This document shows positions 39,498-51,031 of a stretch of 64,000 bases of DNA, piece after piece. This stretch comes from Hyphomicrobiales bacterium (lineage in GTDB: Bacteria > Pseudomonadota > Alphaproteobacteria > Rhizobiales > Kaistiaceae). A program made the translations under genes and the position numbers. The stretch is taken from positions 3,286 through 67,285 of the forward strand of contig JAAEOR010000188.1 of NCBI GenBank assembly GCA_024222895.1, read 5' to 3'. The notes beneath the pieces are model-generated. The model made no database searches. It was not told the origin of the DNA and saw only the letters and a list, made by a program, of their open reading frames with translations. The first letter of the stretch is position 1, and every line of letters begins with the position of its first letter.

Positions 39498-41354
39498 TCA
39501 GCGTTCTGGGTCGATCGTCTTCGCTTCGGCGGCCTCTTCTTCCGGCATATCTGCGACCTCTGCGGTTTCCTCGCTCAGCGCTTGGGGTTCACGCTTGGGC
39601 TGGGATAGCGGGACCGGGGTCGGGCCCGTCTTGATCAGATCGCGGCCGCTGTAAAGCCCTTCGGTCATCTGTAGCTTCAGGCGCTCGGAATCCCGCCGCC
39701 GGACGTCGGCAATCGTTTCGGCTGCCTCTTCCTGTGGGATCCCCAACGCGATCAACGAAGCCTCGCCGAACAACATCGCCGATTCGAACAGCTCGCGAAT
39801 TTCGTAGTCGGCGCCTGCGCTGATCAGGTCAAGGGCATGACCACGATCGTAAGCGCGTACCAGAAGTTTCGCCAGCGGAAACTCCGATTTGATGATCTCA
39901 ACGGCTTTCGCCGTCGCGTCGCGATCGTCGATGCAAACTGCAATCATCTGGACCTTGGCAGCACCGGCAGCGCGCAGCACATCGCGCCGGGATCCGTCTC
40001 CATAATAAATCTTGAAGCCGAAGCGAGCAGCACTGCGGATCATGTCGGTGTCTGAGTCGATGATCGAGACGTCGATCCCCCGAGCGAGCAGCGCTTGGCT
40101 GGCAACCTGGCCGAAACGGCCGAATCCGATAACCAGCGCGGTGCCCGTCAGTTCTTCTGCTGTCTCGACTCCTTCGAACGATTCCGTGTCGACTGGCAAG
40201 AAACGCCGAATCAGAAACGGTGCCAGCGGCGTCAGGGCCATCGATACGATGATCGCGGCGTTGAGCGACGCGGCAATGTCGGATGCGAAAAGGCCGCCAG
40301 TGGTGGCCGTGGTGTAGAGTACGAAGCCGAATTCTCCGCCTTGTGCGAGCATAAGCGCGATCCGCACCGAGTCCCCATGGGAGATCTGGAACACGCGGGC
40401 AACCGCGTAGATGCCGACACCTTTCAGCGCCATGAATCCGACCACCAACGCCAGAATCAGCGTCCACGAATTGGTGATGAACGTCACATCCAGGGACATG
40501 CCGACCCCGAGAAAGAAAAGCCCAAGCAACAGACCGCGGAACGGTTCGATGTCGGCCTCCAACTCGTGGCGGAAGCTGGATTCTGACAGCAGAACCCCGG
40601 CGAGGAAGGCGCCCATCGCCATTGACAGGCCGCTGGCTTGCATCGCAAACGCCGCGCCGAGAACCACCAGCAGCGCCGCTGCAGTCATGACCTCGCGTGC
40701 GCGCGTCGCGGCAAAGAAGCGGAAGACCGGGTTGATCAGGTAGCGGCCCGCGAGCACGACGCCGAGGACCGCGCCAGCGGCGATGCCGGCCTGGATCCAG
40801 CGCGACGCGCCGGTCGCCTCATCCGAAATCGGTGCCAGGAACGCCACCATGGCCAGCGCCGGCACGATGGCCAGGTCTTGCAGGAGCAGAATGGAGAAGA
40901 TCTTCTGCCCGTGCGGATCGGTGGTCTCCCCCCGCTCCTCCAGGACCTGCATGACGATGGCAGTCGACGACAGCGCCAGGCCCATGGCCGCGACGATTGC
41001 CACTGGCGGAGCCACACCGAACAGAACTGCTGCCAGTGTGAGCAGAGCCCCGCAGAACAGGACCTGCGTCAGGCCCAGCCCGAAGATATCGCGCTTCAAC
41101 GCCCACAGCCGGTAGGGTTTGAGTTCCAGCCCGATAATGAACAACAGCATGACCACGCCGAGTTCGGCGACGTTCAGGATCGATACCGGATCAGTGAAGA
41201 GAGCGAGGCCAAAGGGGCCGATGACGATCCCGGCAGCCAGATAACCAATGACCGAGCCGAGGCCGAGGCGCTTGAAGATCGGCACAGCTACTACCCCAGC
41301 GGCGAGAAGGGTCACCGCGGGGAGAAGATCGACTGCATGTGAATCGACAGCCAT
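39498..41354 (-). CDS. KefB/KefC-like CPA2 potassium efflux antiporter with KTN domain
   Basis: 'GLALSSTA', 'LLQDL', 'HELEADIEPFRGLLLGLFF', 'QGGEF', KTN 'GFGRFGQ', 'YGDG'. Confidence 0.9.
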   Translation of the reverse strand: MAVDSHAVDLLPAVTLLAAGVVAVPIFKRLGLGSVIGYLAAGIVIGPFGLALFTDPVSILNVAELGVVMLLFIIGLELKPYRLWALKRDIFGLGLTQVLFCGALLTLAAVLFGVAPPVAIVAAMGLALSSTAIVMQVLEERGETTDPHGQKIFSILLLQDLAIVPALAMVAFLAPISDEATGASRWIQAGIAAGAVLGVVLAGRYLINPVFRFFAATRAREVMTAAALLVVLGAAFAMQASGLSMAMGAFLAGVLLSESSFRHELEADIEPFRGLLLGLFFLGVGMSLDVTFITNSWTLILALVVGFMALKGVGIYAVARVFQISHGDSVRIALMLAQGGEFGFVLYTTATTGGLFASDIAASLNAAIIVSMALTPLAPFLIRRFLPVDTESFEGVETAEELTGTALVIGFGRFGQVASQALLARGIDVSIIDSDTDMIRSAARFGFKIYYGDGSRRDVLRAAGAAKVQMIAVCIDDRDATAKAVEIIKSEFPLAKLLVRAYDRGHALDLISAGADYEIRELFESAMLFGEASLIALGIPQEEAAETIADVRRRDSERLKLQMTEGLYSGRDLIKTGPTPVPLSQPKREPQALSEETAEVADMPEEEAAEAKTIDPER

Positions 41355-41416
41355 GTGTTGCGCCCTCGCTAGCCAGAAGAAATAGGTGCGCGCGGCCGGA
41401 CTGTCGAGGGAAGCGC

Positions 41417-41450
41417 AAAAAAAGCGGCCGGCTGCGGGGCAGCCGGCCGT
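41417..41450 (-). terminator. Rho-independent terminator after the DUF3179 gene
   Basis: Minus strand CGGCCGGCTGC-CCC-GCAGCCGGCCG followed by C and T7. Confidence 0.8.
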
Positions 41451-41471
41451 CCCGGAGGGACTTTTGAGAGA

Positions 41472-42584
41472 CTACTCGGTACGGATGATCAGGGTTGGTT
41501 CGAACGCGGCGACGACGAAGGCAAAGGTGACGTCATGAACGACCGGTTCTTCGCTGCCATTGACATTGCGTACCACGGTAACGTTGCCGACATCTCGGCC
41601 CTCGGAGATTCTTGAGGTATCGAGCGCCGAGGCCTGTCCCGGCTCCCACGTTACGACGACATCCCCTTCGCGGATCTCTTTTTCCTTCTCAAGCAGCGGC
41701 AGGGCGACGGCGAAGGGCTCCTGCTCCTCATCGCGGACCAGCACCACGCGCTCAAGCGCCCGGATGCCCTCCGGCAGGACTCCGTCATAGAGGAACGGTG
41801 CAGCGGCGCTGTCATAGCTGGTATAGGGATTGCGCCAGTAGGCCCGCATCTGCTCGTTGTTGGGCACCAGTACCTGGCCTTCCGGATGCTCGGCCTTGAA
41901 TCGACCCCAGCTGTCGAGCCGCGACGGCAGCATCTTCAGTTTGGTTCCAGCGAAGTCGCCGACGATCGCTTCACCAGAAAACTGCTGCCACCAGCTGTCG
42001 GTCGTGCGGTCGTACATCACAAGGTCGGAATTCCTGAGCTTGCCGGTGGTGCCAAATTCCAGCATCTGGCCGTCGACCGTTGCATCGAACACGATCGAGG
42101 CGTTGCAAAGCGGACAATAGGTGACTGCAACGGGCATGCCGCCGATAGTGTCATTGGCGATCTCGTGCCACATCATCACCCGCAGCGGATAGGCTTTTGC
42201 CTCGCCGTTCACCTCGAGACTGATGACCGGTTCGCGGTCGGCGAGGTCGAGGTCGTCCGTGTCTACGGGAACGAACTTCGGCGCGTCGATTGACGGGATA
42301 CCGTCGCGTGGCGGACCGCCGGACAAGACATTGTCGAGGTTAGCGGCCACCTTGGTGAAATCGGTTTTCCATCCTTCGGCCTGCCATCGCCTGACCATCG
42401 TTTCATTCACCGTCGGTTCTGCAGCTTCCGCCGAGGAAATCAGTGAAAGACCAGACTGTTCGGCCGCTGTTGTCTCGAGCGTAATTTCACCGACCCGCGC
42501 GCCATCGTTGCTGCTCGTCGTCAAGTAGATTGCACCGCCGGCGACAACGGCGGCGGCTCCAATTGTGAGTATTGACCTGGACAT
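41472..42584 (-). CDS. DUF3179 family exported protein (CxxC)
   Basis: 'GGPPRDGIPSID', 'AYPL....HEI.ND', 'YCPLC', 'G.LRNSDLVMYD..T.S.WQQ'. AAGGAG before ATG 42584. Confidence 0.85.
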   Translation of the reverse strand: MSRSILTIGAAAVVAGGAIYLTTSSNDGARVGEITLETTAAEQSGLSLISSAEAAEPTVNETMVRRWQAEGWKTDFTKVAANLDNVLSGGPPRDGIPSIDAPKFVPVDTDDLDLADREPVISLEVNGEAKAYPLRVMMWHEIANDTIGGMPVAVTYCPLCNASIVFDATVDGQMLEFGTTGKLRNSDLVMYDRTTDSWWQQFSGEAIVGDFAGTKLKMLPSRLDSWGRFKAEHPEGQVLVPNNEQMRAYWRNPYTSYDSAAAPFLYDGVLPEGIRALERVVLVRDEEQEPFAVALPLLEKEKEIREGDVVVTWEPGQASALDTSRISEGRDVGNVTVVRNVNGSEEPVVHDVTFAFVVAAFEPTLIIRTE

Positions 42585-42686
42585 GATGCGGTTCTCCTTT
42601 CTCAGAGAATGTCGCGTCTTGTCGCCAAACCGCCAATCAAGCCGGTTCAATTGGATGTGAAGCCGCCGCGAATGGCGGTTCTCCGG

Positions 42687-44114
42687 TCACGCCGTGGCCG
42701 TGCCGCCAACCGTGATCTGGTCAATCCGCAGGGTTGGTTGACCGACGCCCACCGGCACGCCCTGGCCATTCTTGCCGCAGGTGCCGATGCCCGGATCGAG
42801 CTGCATGTCGTTGCCGATCATCTTTACCCGGGTCAACGCATCCGGGCCATTACCAATCAGCATCGCGCCTTTGATCGCCGGTCCAATCACTCCGTTTTCG
42901 ATCTTGTAGGCTTCGGTACAGGAGAAAACGAACTTGCCGCTGGTTATATCGACCTGGCCACCACCAAAGGATACCGCGTAGATACCGTCCTTTACCGACG
43001 CAAGAATCTCCGCCGGGTCGCTTTCCCCGGAGCGCATGATCGTGTTCGTCATCCGGGGCATGGGAATGTGTGCATAGGATTCCCGCCGGCCATTACCGGT
43101 CGGCTGCATACCCATCAGCCGGGCATTCTGCCGATCCTGCATATAGCCGACAAGAATACCGTCCTCGATTAGCATGGTCGAACTCGTTGGCGTGCCCTCA
43201 TCGTCCACGGTGAGCGAGCCGCGTCGGTCGGGAATGGTTCCGTCGTCGACCACCGTTACGCCCGGGGCGGCGACACGCTCGCCCATCAGGCCCGCAAAGG
43301 CACTTTCCTTCTTGCGGTTGAAGTCACCCTCGAGCCCATGTCCGATCGCCTCGTGCAGTAGGATACCTGGCCAGCCCGGACCGAGCACGACATCGAAGGT
43401 ACCCGCCGGCGCCGGCACCGCGGACAGATTGACCAGCGCCTGGCGAACGGCTTCATCCACCGCCGATTGCCATGATTCTTCGACGACAAACCGGCTGAAG
43501 CCCTCACGGCCGCCCATGCCGTGAGAGCCGGACTCCTGCCGCTCGCCATCACCGACGACAACATTCACTCCCACGCGAACCAGTGGCCGAACGTCGCGCA
43601 CCAGCTTCCCGTCGCCCCTTAGGATCTCAACGACCTTGTAGGAGCCGGCAAGCGATGCCGTCACTTGCCGGACTCGATCGTCCTTGCCGCGAGCGTAGGC
43701 GTCAATGCCTTCAAGCAGCTTGACCTTGTCCGCGAAACTTGGATCGCCGAGCGGGCTTTCGTCGCCATATAACGACTGATTTGTCCCTTGAGGCGGAGAT
43801 GCGTAGCTCCCGCTGTGCCCCGACTTCACTGCTTGAACAGCGTCCGCAGCGCGTTGGATCGCCGGTTCCGAGATTTCGCCTGAATGGGCGTATCCGGCCG
43901 CCTCCTCCGAGACCGCCCGCAGGCCGAAGCCCTGGTTGGTGTCGTAACTGGCTGATTTCAGCCGCCCGTTGTCAAACACCAACCCTTCTGACTGGGCGTA
44001 TTCGAGATAGAGCTCGCCATCGTCGGCGCCGTCCAGCGCCTCGCTGATCAAACGGGTCGCGTGGTCCCGGTCGAGGCCGGCGCGGTCGAGAATGGATGGG
44101 GTGCTGTCGGTCAT
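42687..44114 (-). CDS. tldD: Metalloprotease TldD
   Basis: 'LLHEAIGHGLEGDFNRK', 'DDEG', 'PRMTNT', 'CGK.GQ.VPVG.GQP'. Start trimmed to ATG 44114. Confidence 0.96.
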   Translation of the reverse strand: MTDSTPSILDRAGLDRDHATRLISEALDGADDGELYLEYAQSEGLVFDNGRLKSASYDTNQGFGLRAVSEEAAGYAHSGEISEPAIQRAADAVQAVKSGHSGSYASPPQGTNQSLYGDESPLGDPSFADKVKLLEGIDAYARGKDDRVRQVTASLAGSYKVVEILRGDGKLVRDVRPLVRVGVNVVVGDGERQESGSHGMGGREGFSRFVVEESWQSAVDEAVRQALVNLSAVPAPAGTFDVVLGPGWPGILLHEAIGHGLEGDFNRKKESAFAGLMGERVAAPGVTVVDDGTIPDRRGSLTVDDEGTPTSSTMLIEDGILVGYMQDRQNARLMGMQPTGNGRRESYAHIPMPRMTNTIMRSGESDPAEILASVKDGIYAVSFGGGQVDITSGKFVFSCTEAYKIENGVIGPAIKGAMLIGNGPDALTRVKMIGNDMQLDPGIGTCGKNGQGVPVGVGQPTLRIDQITVGGTATA

Positions 44115-44199
44115 GGTGTCCACGATTGCTGAAGGGCGACCGTTGATATGGGGCGTCAGCGTGGTATTTGCCATCGCGCGATGCTGATGCGCCGACACC

Positions 44200-44910
44200 T
44201 CATCCGTTGGCCTTTGGTTGCCGAGCGGGCTCGATGAAATCGAGTGGAGGCGGTTCGCCAAATCGGTAGCCGAGCAGGGCCAGATCCTTCTCGAAATATC
44301 TCTCGACCACCCGATTCATCCGGGGATCGAACAAATCAGTGTAGAGGCGACGTTCCTTGTGACGCTTCGCCCCATAAGCTTTGTTGATATTGATATCTAT
44401 ATTAATCTTGTCACATATATAAGCGACATGCTCAGAGAAATTCTCATGGCGACCGATAAAGTCAACAATTACTTCATCATTTTCAGTATAGCAATCGTAG
44501 TGACGTGGAAATTTGTAATGTCCAAAGCCAATGGTTTGCCCTTGAAGCAGCCGTAGATTGAACCAGCTTTGGAACGATAATGGTTTCCCGGTCACGTATT
44601 CGGGGATTTTTTTATAGAATGATTTCCGGCGTTGGCCGACATAGCTCCAATATCGGGATATGATCTTGTCCCACGGGTTTCGCTCGAATGTAAACTTGAA
44701 ATATTCGGCATACTGCTCGGCGCCGATCCCGTCCCGGATTTCGGTCGCCTTCGAGTGGCGCCAAAATCCTTCGTGGTTGCGTTCCCTGCCTTTGGACCGT
44801 GTAACGATGTCGTCGGGTCCGCACAGTCGCTCCAACGCCGAGGTGAGGCTGCGGCCTGCGGTCCGCCCGAGATGGACGAAAATGAACTTGTGCTTGTGTG
44901 AAACGATCAT
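44200..44910 (-). CDS. Sulfotransferase family 2-like protein
   Basis: 'MIVSHKHKFIFVH..RTAG.S' (5'-PSB-like), 'FTFERNPWD.I.S' (3'-PB-like), 'DFIGR.E', 'D...LGY.F'. Confidence 0.8.
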   Translation of the reverse strand: MIVSHKHKFIFVHLGRTAGRSLTSALERLCGPDDIVTRSKGRERNHEGFWRHSKATEIRDGIGAEQYAEYFKFTFERNPWDKIISRYWSYVGQRRKSFYKKIPEYVTGKPLSFQSWFNLRLLQGQTIGFGHYKFPRHYDCYTENDEVIVDFIGRHENFSEHVAYICDKINIDININKAYGAKRHKERRLYTDLFDPRMNRVVERYFEKDLALLGYRFGEPPPLDFIEPARQPKANG

Positions 44911-44972
44911 ACTGACGATGCCGATCGGAGCAGCGCCACGATTTCAGAAAGATCCTGGCGTCTGCTCTGGGA

Positions 44973-45929
44973 TTATGGCTGGGGGGCCGGGGACGGTGTC
45001 GGGAGGGCGGCAAAACCCTCGCCGAACCCTGTAAGCGGGATTGGGATGCCAATTCCCTCCTCCGGGGAGAGGAAAATGATGAAGGTTGCCGTATCGCCGC
45101 TCCCGAGTGTCTCCAGGAGTGGCTCTTCGAGGAACACTTCGGCCACGCAACCGGTCGGCAGACAGCGGACGAATCCGGCCCGGCCGATGTCGGTGTCGTC
45201 GATGCGCAGGCTGAGGCCGCTGGGGAGCAGTACCCCAAGCGGTGTAATGATCCGCATGATCTTCGCTTCGCCATCCGCGGTCTTCAGCACCAGGACATTG
45301 AGCCCGACATTGTCGCGGTCTTCGGCCAAAACGAACTGCATAAGGACGCACTGTTCGCTTTGCGCTCCCGCTGGCGTGTCGCAGCGGATCTGCCAATCGC
45401 CGTGAGTCGAGCGCACTGGCGGGTCGTTCTGCTCGGAGGGCAGGACCGCCACAGCGGCATCGCGAATGTTGGTAGTCGCGGGCTCTGCGGTCTGCTCAGG
45501 GAGGGCGGCCAACGGTTTGGCGGTGTCGATCTCACGAACTTCGGGAACCTCAGGCAACGTGTCGGGGGTCAGGTCGATCGGTGTGGCTTCCTCACTCGCA
45601 ACCTGGGTGCCGGGATTCGTGCCGCCCTCGAAGAATCCGATGGCATAGAGAACGACAATGACACCAAGGGCCAATGCCAGCAGTCCGGCGACGACCGTCA
45701 GGATCGGGATGATTCGGCTGCGCTTCGGCGGGTACGGTTCGTACACGTTCTGATCGTCATAAGCCTGATAGTTCTCCTGATAAGCCGGTTCCTCGACATA
45801 TTCCGGCTGAGGCGATTCGTGGTCCTCGTATTGGGGCACATGGTCCTGATAACGGGGATCATGTTCATCCTGATCGTCATACTCATCGCGCCGGCCGTCT
45901 ACTTCATTCTGCATTTCGCCATATCTCAT
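44973..45929 (-). CDS. Invasion-associated locus B (IalB) family protein with extended N-terminus
   Basis: C-terminal 'GDWQIRC', 'C.L.Q', 'PLGVLLPSG', 'C.P.GC.A', 'L.GF.E.F.AL'. Acidic N-terminus plus TM helix. Confidence 0.85.
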   Translation of the reverse strand: MRYGEMQNEVDGRRDEYDDQDEHDPRYQDHVPQYEDHESPQPEYVEEPAYQENYQAYDDQNVYEPYPPKRSRIIPILTVVAGLLALALGVIVVLYAIGFFEGGTNPGTQVASEEATPIDLTPDTLPEVPEVREIDTAKPLAALPEQTAEPATTNIRDAAVAVLPSEQNDPPVRSTHGDWQIRCDTPAGAQSEQCVLMQFVLAEDRDNVGLNVLVLKTADGEAKIMRIITPLGVLLPSGLSLRIDDTDIGRAGFVRCLPTGCVAEVFLEEPLLETLGSGDTATFIIFLSPEEGIGIPIPLTGFGEGFAALPTPSPAPQP

Positions 45930-46223
45930 CTATGCGGTCGTCGAAGAGCGAGACCGACGGGAGATCGCGTGCCGAATCGCTTGCTGCGCATCCTGCACCA
46001 ATCGAGCTGTGGTGGAAAACCCACGGTTTTGTGCCCCAAAGATGGCCGTCCGGGCGCGATTTGCCGCATCGCGGGGCCTCATCCTCCGTTGCAGCGCAAA
46101 TCGGCATGTGGTTTTTGTCATGCCGACTCGACGAAATTGGGATCGCGGCAGGGCTGCTGAGCGATTCGACCGGATGGGCCGTCGTCCAGACGGCCGGTCG
46201 GGGGGGAGCCAAAGGAGAGACGT

Positions 46224-47126
46224 GTGAGGCAGGCATATCTTTCACGCTTGTGGAGTGGTGCGGCAGTTGCCGGCCTGACGGTGCTGGCGGGGACGGGGTC
46301 GGCTCTCGCCGCGCAGCCCCAGCCATGGGAAATTTCGTTCCAGCCAGCCGCTTCTCCGATCATGGAGATGATACACCGTTTCAACAATGGAACGCTGGTC
46401 GTCATTACCCTGATCGCGGTTTTGGTGTTCGCATTGCTGGTCTACGTCATGGTGCGCTTCAACGCGCGCAGGAACCCGGTTCCATCAAAGACCAGCCACA
46501 ATACCATGATCGAGGTGGTCTGGACCGTTGTGCCCATCCTGATCCTTGTCGGAATCGCGGTCCCATCATTTTCATTGCTTATTGCTCAGCACGACCCGGC
46601 CCGCGCGGTCGCCGACTACGACCCGGAAAAGACCTTGACGATCAAGGCAACGGGAATGGCCTGGTACTGGACGTATGACTATCCCGACAATGGCGATATT
46701 TCGTTCGAGTCGTTCATGCTGGAGGACGATCAGATCACCGATCCCGAAACCCAGCCGCGACTCCTCGCCGTTGATAACAACATGGTCGTGCCCACCGGCA
46801 CGGTCATTCGTATGCTCGTGACCGCCGATCCGCTTGGCGTCATCCATTCGTTTGCCGTGCCGTCGCTTGGCTTCAAGATCGACGCCATACCCGGTCGTCT
46901 GAACGAAACGTGGTTTCTGGTCGAGCGCGAGGGAATCTATTACGGGCAATGTTCCGAGCTTTGCGGGCGCAATCACGCGTTCATGCCGATCGCTGTCCAG
47001 GCGGTCTCGCCAGAGAAGTACGCAGAATGGGCCGAGTTGGCGCAGAGCGATCTCGATGCCGCGACGGCGCTGTTGGCCGAGCCCGCGGCTGAAACTGGCG
47101 ATGACGAGGCAGCGGACGACGCATAG
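46224..47126 (+). CDS. coxB: Cytochrome c oxidase subunit II
   Basis: 'IEVVWT', 'WYW.Y', 'VIHSF', CuA motif 'CSELCG.NH.FM'. GTG start after AAGGAG. Confidence 0.97.
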   Translation: MRQAYLSRLWSGAAVAGLTVLAGTGSALAAQPQPWEISFQPAASPIMEMIHRFNNGTLVVITLIAVLVFALLVYVMVRFNARRNPVPSKTSHNTMIEVVWTVVPILILVGIAVPSFSLLIAQHDPARAVADYDPEKTLTIKATGMAWYWTYDYPDNGDISFESFMLEDDQITDPETQPRLLAVDNNMVVPTGTVIRMLVTADPLGVIHSFAVPSLGFKIDAIPGRLNETWFLVEREGIYYGQCSELCGRNHAFMPIAVQAVSPEKYAEWAELAQSDLDAATALLAEPAAETGDDEAADDA

Positions 47127-48788
<1,662 letters not shown>

Positions 48789-48840
48789 GCCGGGCGTGTT
48801 CAATCACTACACTCTCTCCTGACCCGCGAGGCGGACAGAA

Positions 48841-49779
48841 ATGGCCTACGTTGACCGTCAAGAGATGGACGAGGCGTTGACGTCAGCCGACCTCGGGGAG
48901 GGGTCGGTTGGCGATTTCTTCGCCCTGCTCAAGCCGCGGGTTATGTCGCTTGTGGTGTTTACCGCCTTGACCGGCATGGTGCTGGCGCCCGGCGGTGTCC
49001 ATCCGATCATTGGTATTGCGGCCTTGTTGGCGATCGCCGTTGGCGCTGGAGCCTCCGGCGCGCTGAACATGTGGTACGACGCCGACATCGATCGTCTCAT
49101 GCGCCGCACCCGCGGCCGGCCGGTTGCTGCCGGTCGCCTGACTCCGGGGGATGCGCTCGCTTTCGGGGCGACACTGTCGGTCGGGGCTGTGACCTTTCTC
49201 GGGCTGACCACAAACTGGCTCGCGGCCGGGCTGCTCGCCTTCACGATTTTCTTTTACGCAGTCGTCTACACCATGTGGCTCAAACGCGCGACGCCGCAGA
49301 ACATTGTCATCGGCGGAGCTGCTGGCGCCCTGCCTCCGGTGATCGGTTGGACAGCCGTGACCGGTGATATTGGCGTTGAAAGCCTGGTGCTGTTCGCAAT
49401 CATCTTCCTGTGGACGCCGCCGCATTTCTGGGCCCTGTCTCTCTACAAGACCGACGACTATCGCCGCGCCAGCCTACCGATGTTACCGGTGGTGGCAGGG
49501 GCCGCCGCCACGCGACGTCAGATTCTCCTCTACTCGGTGGTTCTGGCGGTTGCGGCCCTGGCACCGGTTGCAATGGGTTTCGCCGGGCTTGCCTATGGGG
49601 TCGTCGCCGCGATTGCGGGAACCGCATTCGTTGGCTTTGCGGTTCGTGTTTTCCGCAGCCAGGCCGATGCTGCGGGAGAGCGCGCTGCGCACGAGTTGTT
49701 TGCCTATTCCATTCTGTATCTGTTCGTTCTGTTCGCGGTTTTGCTGGCCGAGGCGATTGGCGTCGGGGGGACGCTTTGA
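48841..49779 (+). CDS. ctaB: Protoheme IX farnesyltransferase (heme o synthase)
   Basis: 'LKPRVM', 'N..YD.DID..M.RT..RP', 'YT..LKR', 'WTPPHFWAL'. Confidence 0.96.
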   Translation: MAYVDRQEMDEALTSADLGEGSVGDFFALLKPRVMSLVVFTALTGMVLAPGGVHPIIGIAALLAIAVGAGASGALNMWYDADIDRLMRRTRGRPVAAGRLTPGDALAFGATLSVGAVTFLGLTTNWLAAGLLAFTIFFYAVVYTMWLKRATPQNIVIGGAAGALPPVIGWTAVTGDIGVESLVLFAIIFLWTPPHFWALSLYKTDDYRRASLPMLPVVAGAAATRRQILLYSVVLAVAALAPVAMGFAGLAYGVVAAIAGTAFVGFAVRVFRSQADAAGERAAHELFAYSILYLFVLFAVLLAEAIGVGGTL

Positions 49780-50807
49780 CGGGCCTGGGCGACATTCGGT
49801 GCAGTCGCGACCAGGTCGCCATCCTCCTCGCGGATGTCGACCGCAAAATCGGCACAGCGACGGATCATCGCGCGACGGATAACGTCCGCCTCACGGCCCC
49901 GGGCCGTATCGACACGGGCAAGTGTCAGTCGCGCCGGCACCATCGTCAGCTTCGGCATCCGGCCCGGACCGGCCTCGACCAGAAACAGGAAAGAGTAGTC
50001 GCTGCGCGCCGGTGGGACGACGATGAAGTCGTCGACATAGTCGCCGGTGTCAAACAGGATGATTCCACGACCGTGGAATTCAACTGCCTGGAGAACGTGC
50101 GCGGAGTGGCCATGAACGACGTCCACTCCCAGGTCGATCGCCCGATGGGCGAAGGCTCGGTAGTGCTTCGGCGGCCACCAGCGATAGTTCGGTCCCCAAT
50201 GGATCGAGAGGATGATGAGCTCGGCGCCTGCACTTTTCAGGGTTCCGATCATGCCGCCGAGGCGGTCGAGGGTGGGAGCGTCCGGGCGGATTTTCCAGTA
50301 ATTGGTGCCGGGCCGACCGGGTTTCGCTGCAAAGGCCGGCACGGTATTGGTAATCGACATAAAGCCGATCTTCATCTGGCCGGCGCTGAACACCGTGGGC
50401 TCCAGAGCCTGATCGCCGTCAATGCCCGCGCCGGCGAAAGCGATGCCTGCCGATTCAAGGTAGTTGCGCGTATCGATCAGCCCCTGATTGCCATAGTCGA
50501 CCAAGTGATTGTTGGCGAGGGCGACGCATCGGAAATTTCCGGCATGAAGATGATCGATGGCTTTTGGATCCGTGCGGAAGTAGAACGTCTTCAGCTTGTT
50601 CCACTTGGTCGCGTGGGTTGTGATCGGGCACTCGAGATTACCGATCATCGCGTCGGTTGCCAGCTGACGAGGCCGCAGGTCGCCCCACATGAAGTCGGGC
50701 GGTTGTCCCTCGATGATCTTGCGTCGAACCTTGCGCCCGAGGAGGAGGTCTCCAACGAAACCGAGCTGAACTGTACCCTTGTCCGGCGAAATGGCCGTGT
50801 CTCCCAT
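49704..50807 (-). CDS. CapA/PgsA (PGA_cap) family metallophosphatase-like protein
   Basis: 'GD.LL.R', 'NLECP', 'LANNH..DYG', 'HWG.NY', 'GHSAH..Q'. AAGGGGG before ATG 50807. Confidence 0.85.
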   Translation of the reverse strand: MGDTAISPDKGTVQLGFVGDLLLGRKVRRKIIEGQPPDFMWGDLRPRQLATDAMIGNLECPITTHATKWNKLKTFYFRTDPKAIDHLHAGNFRCVALANNHLVDYGNQGLIDTRNYLESAGIAFAGAGIDGDQALEPTVFSAGQMKIGFMSITNTVPAFAAKPGRPGTNYWKIRPDAPTLDRLGGMIGTLKSAGAELIILSIHWGPNYRWWPPKHYRAFAHRAIDLGVDVVHGHSAHVLQAVEFHGRGIILFDTGDYVDDFIVVPPARSDYSFLFLVEAGPGRMPKLTMVPARLTLARVDTARGREADVIRRAMIRRCADFAVDIREEDGDLVATAPNVAQARQSVPPTPIASASKTANRTNRYRME

Positions 50808-50851
50808 TCTTCCCCCTTGGCTGGCGGGTGCGATGTTCGATGAGGCTTGAA

Positions 50852-51031
50852 GTGACCGAAAGCCCCGATGTGAGTGATGGTCGTGACAAACCGGTGATGT
50901 CGGCGGATCTCCGGCGTCGACGCCGATCGCGTTCAATTGCGATCGCGATCGTCCTGGCCGTACTCGTTGTGCTTTTCTACCTTGTCACCATTGCGAAGCT
51001 GGGTCCGGGCATCGTGAGTAGGCCGCTATGA
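50852..51031 (+). CDS. Small cox-operon membrane protein (CoxF-like)
   Basis: '[26 protein letters not shown]...RPL'. Stop overlaps the ctaG start. Start uncertain. Confidence 0.75.
   Translation: MTESPDVSDGRDKPVMSADLRRRRRSRSIAIAIVLAVLVVLFYLVTIAKLGPGIVSRPL

Noticed and set aside
4364-44114. pmbA and tldD both present, suggesting a RiPP maturation cluster
   Set aside because: About 37 kb apart in housekeeping contexts; no precursor peptide or modification enzymes nearby.
46050-46110. Possible RegR/PrrA box upstream of coxB (TGCGGCAAATCGCGC on minus strand)
   Set aside because: Imperfect match to a GC-rich degenerate consensus in a GC-rich genome; cannot be supported by eye.
49410-50843. 477-aa plus-strand ORF in the cox operon
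   Set aside because: Shadow of the CapA gene, which has clear family motifs and an SD; no recognisable domain.
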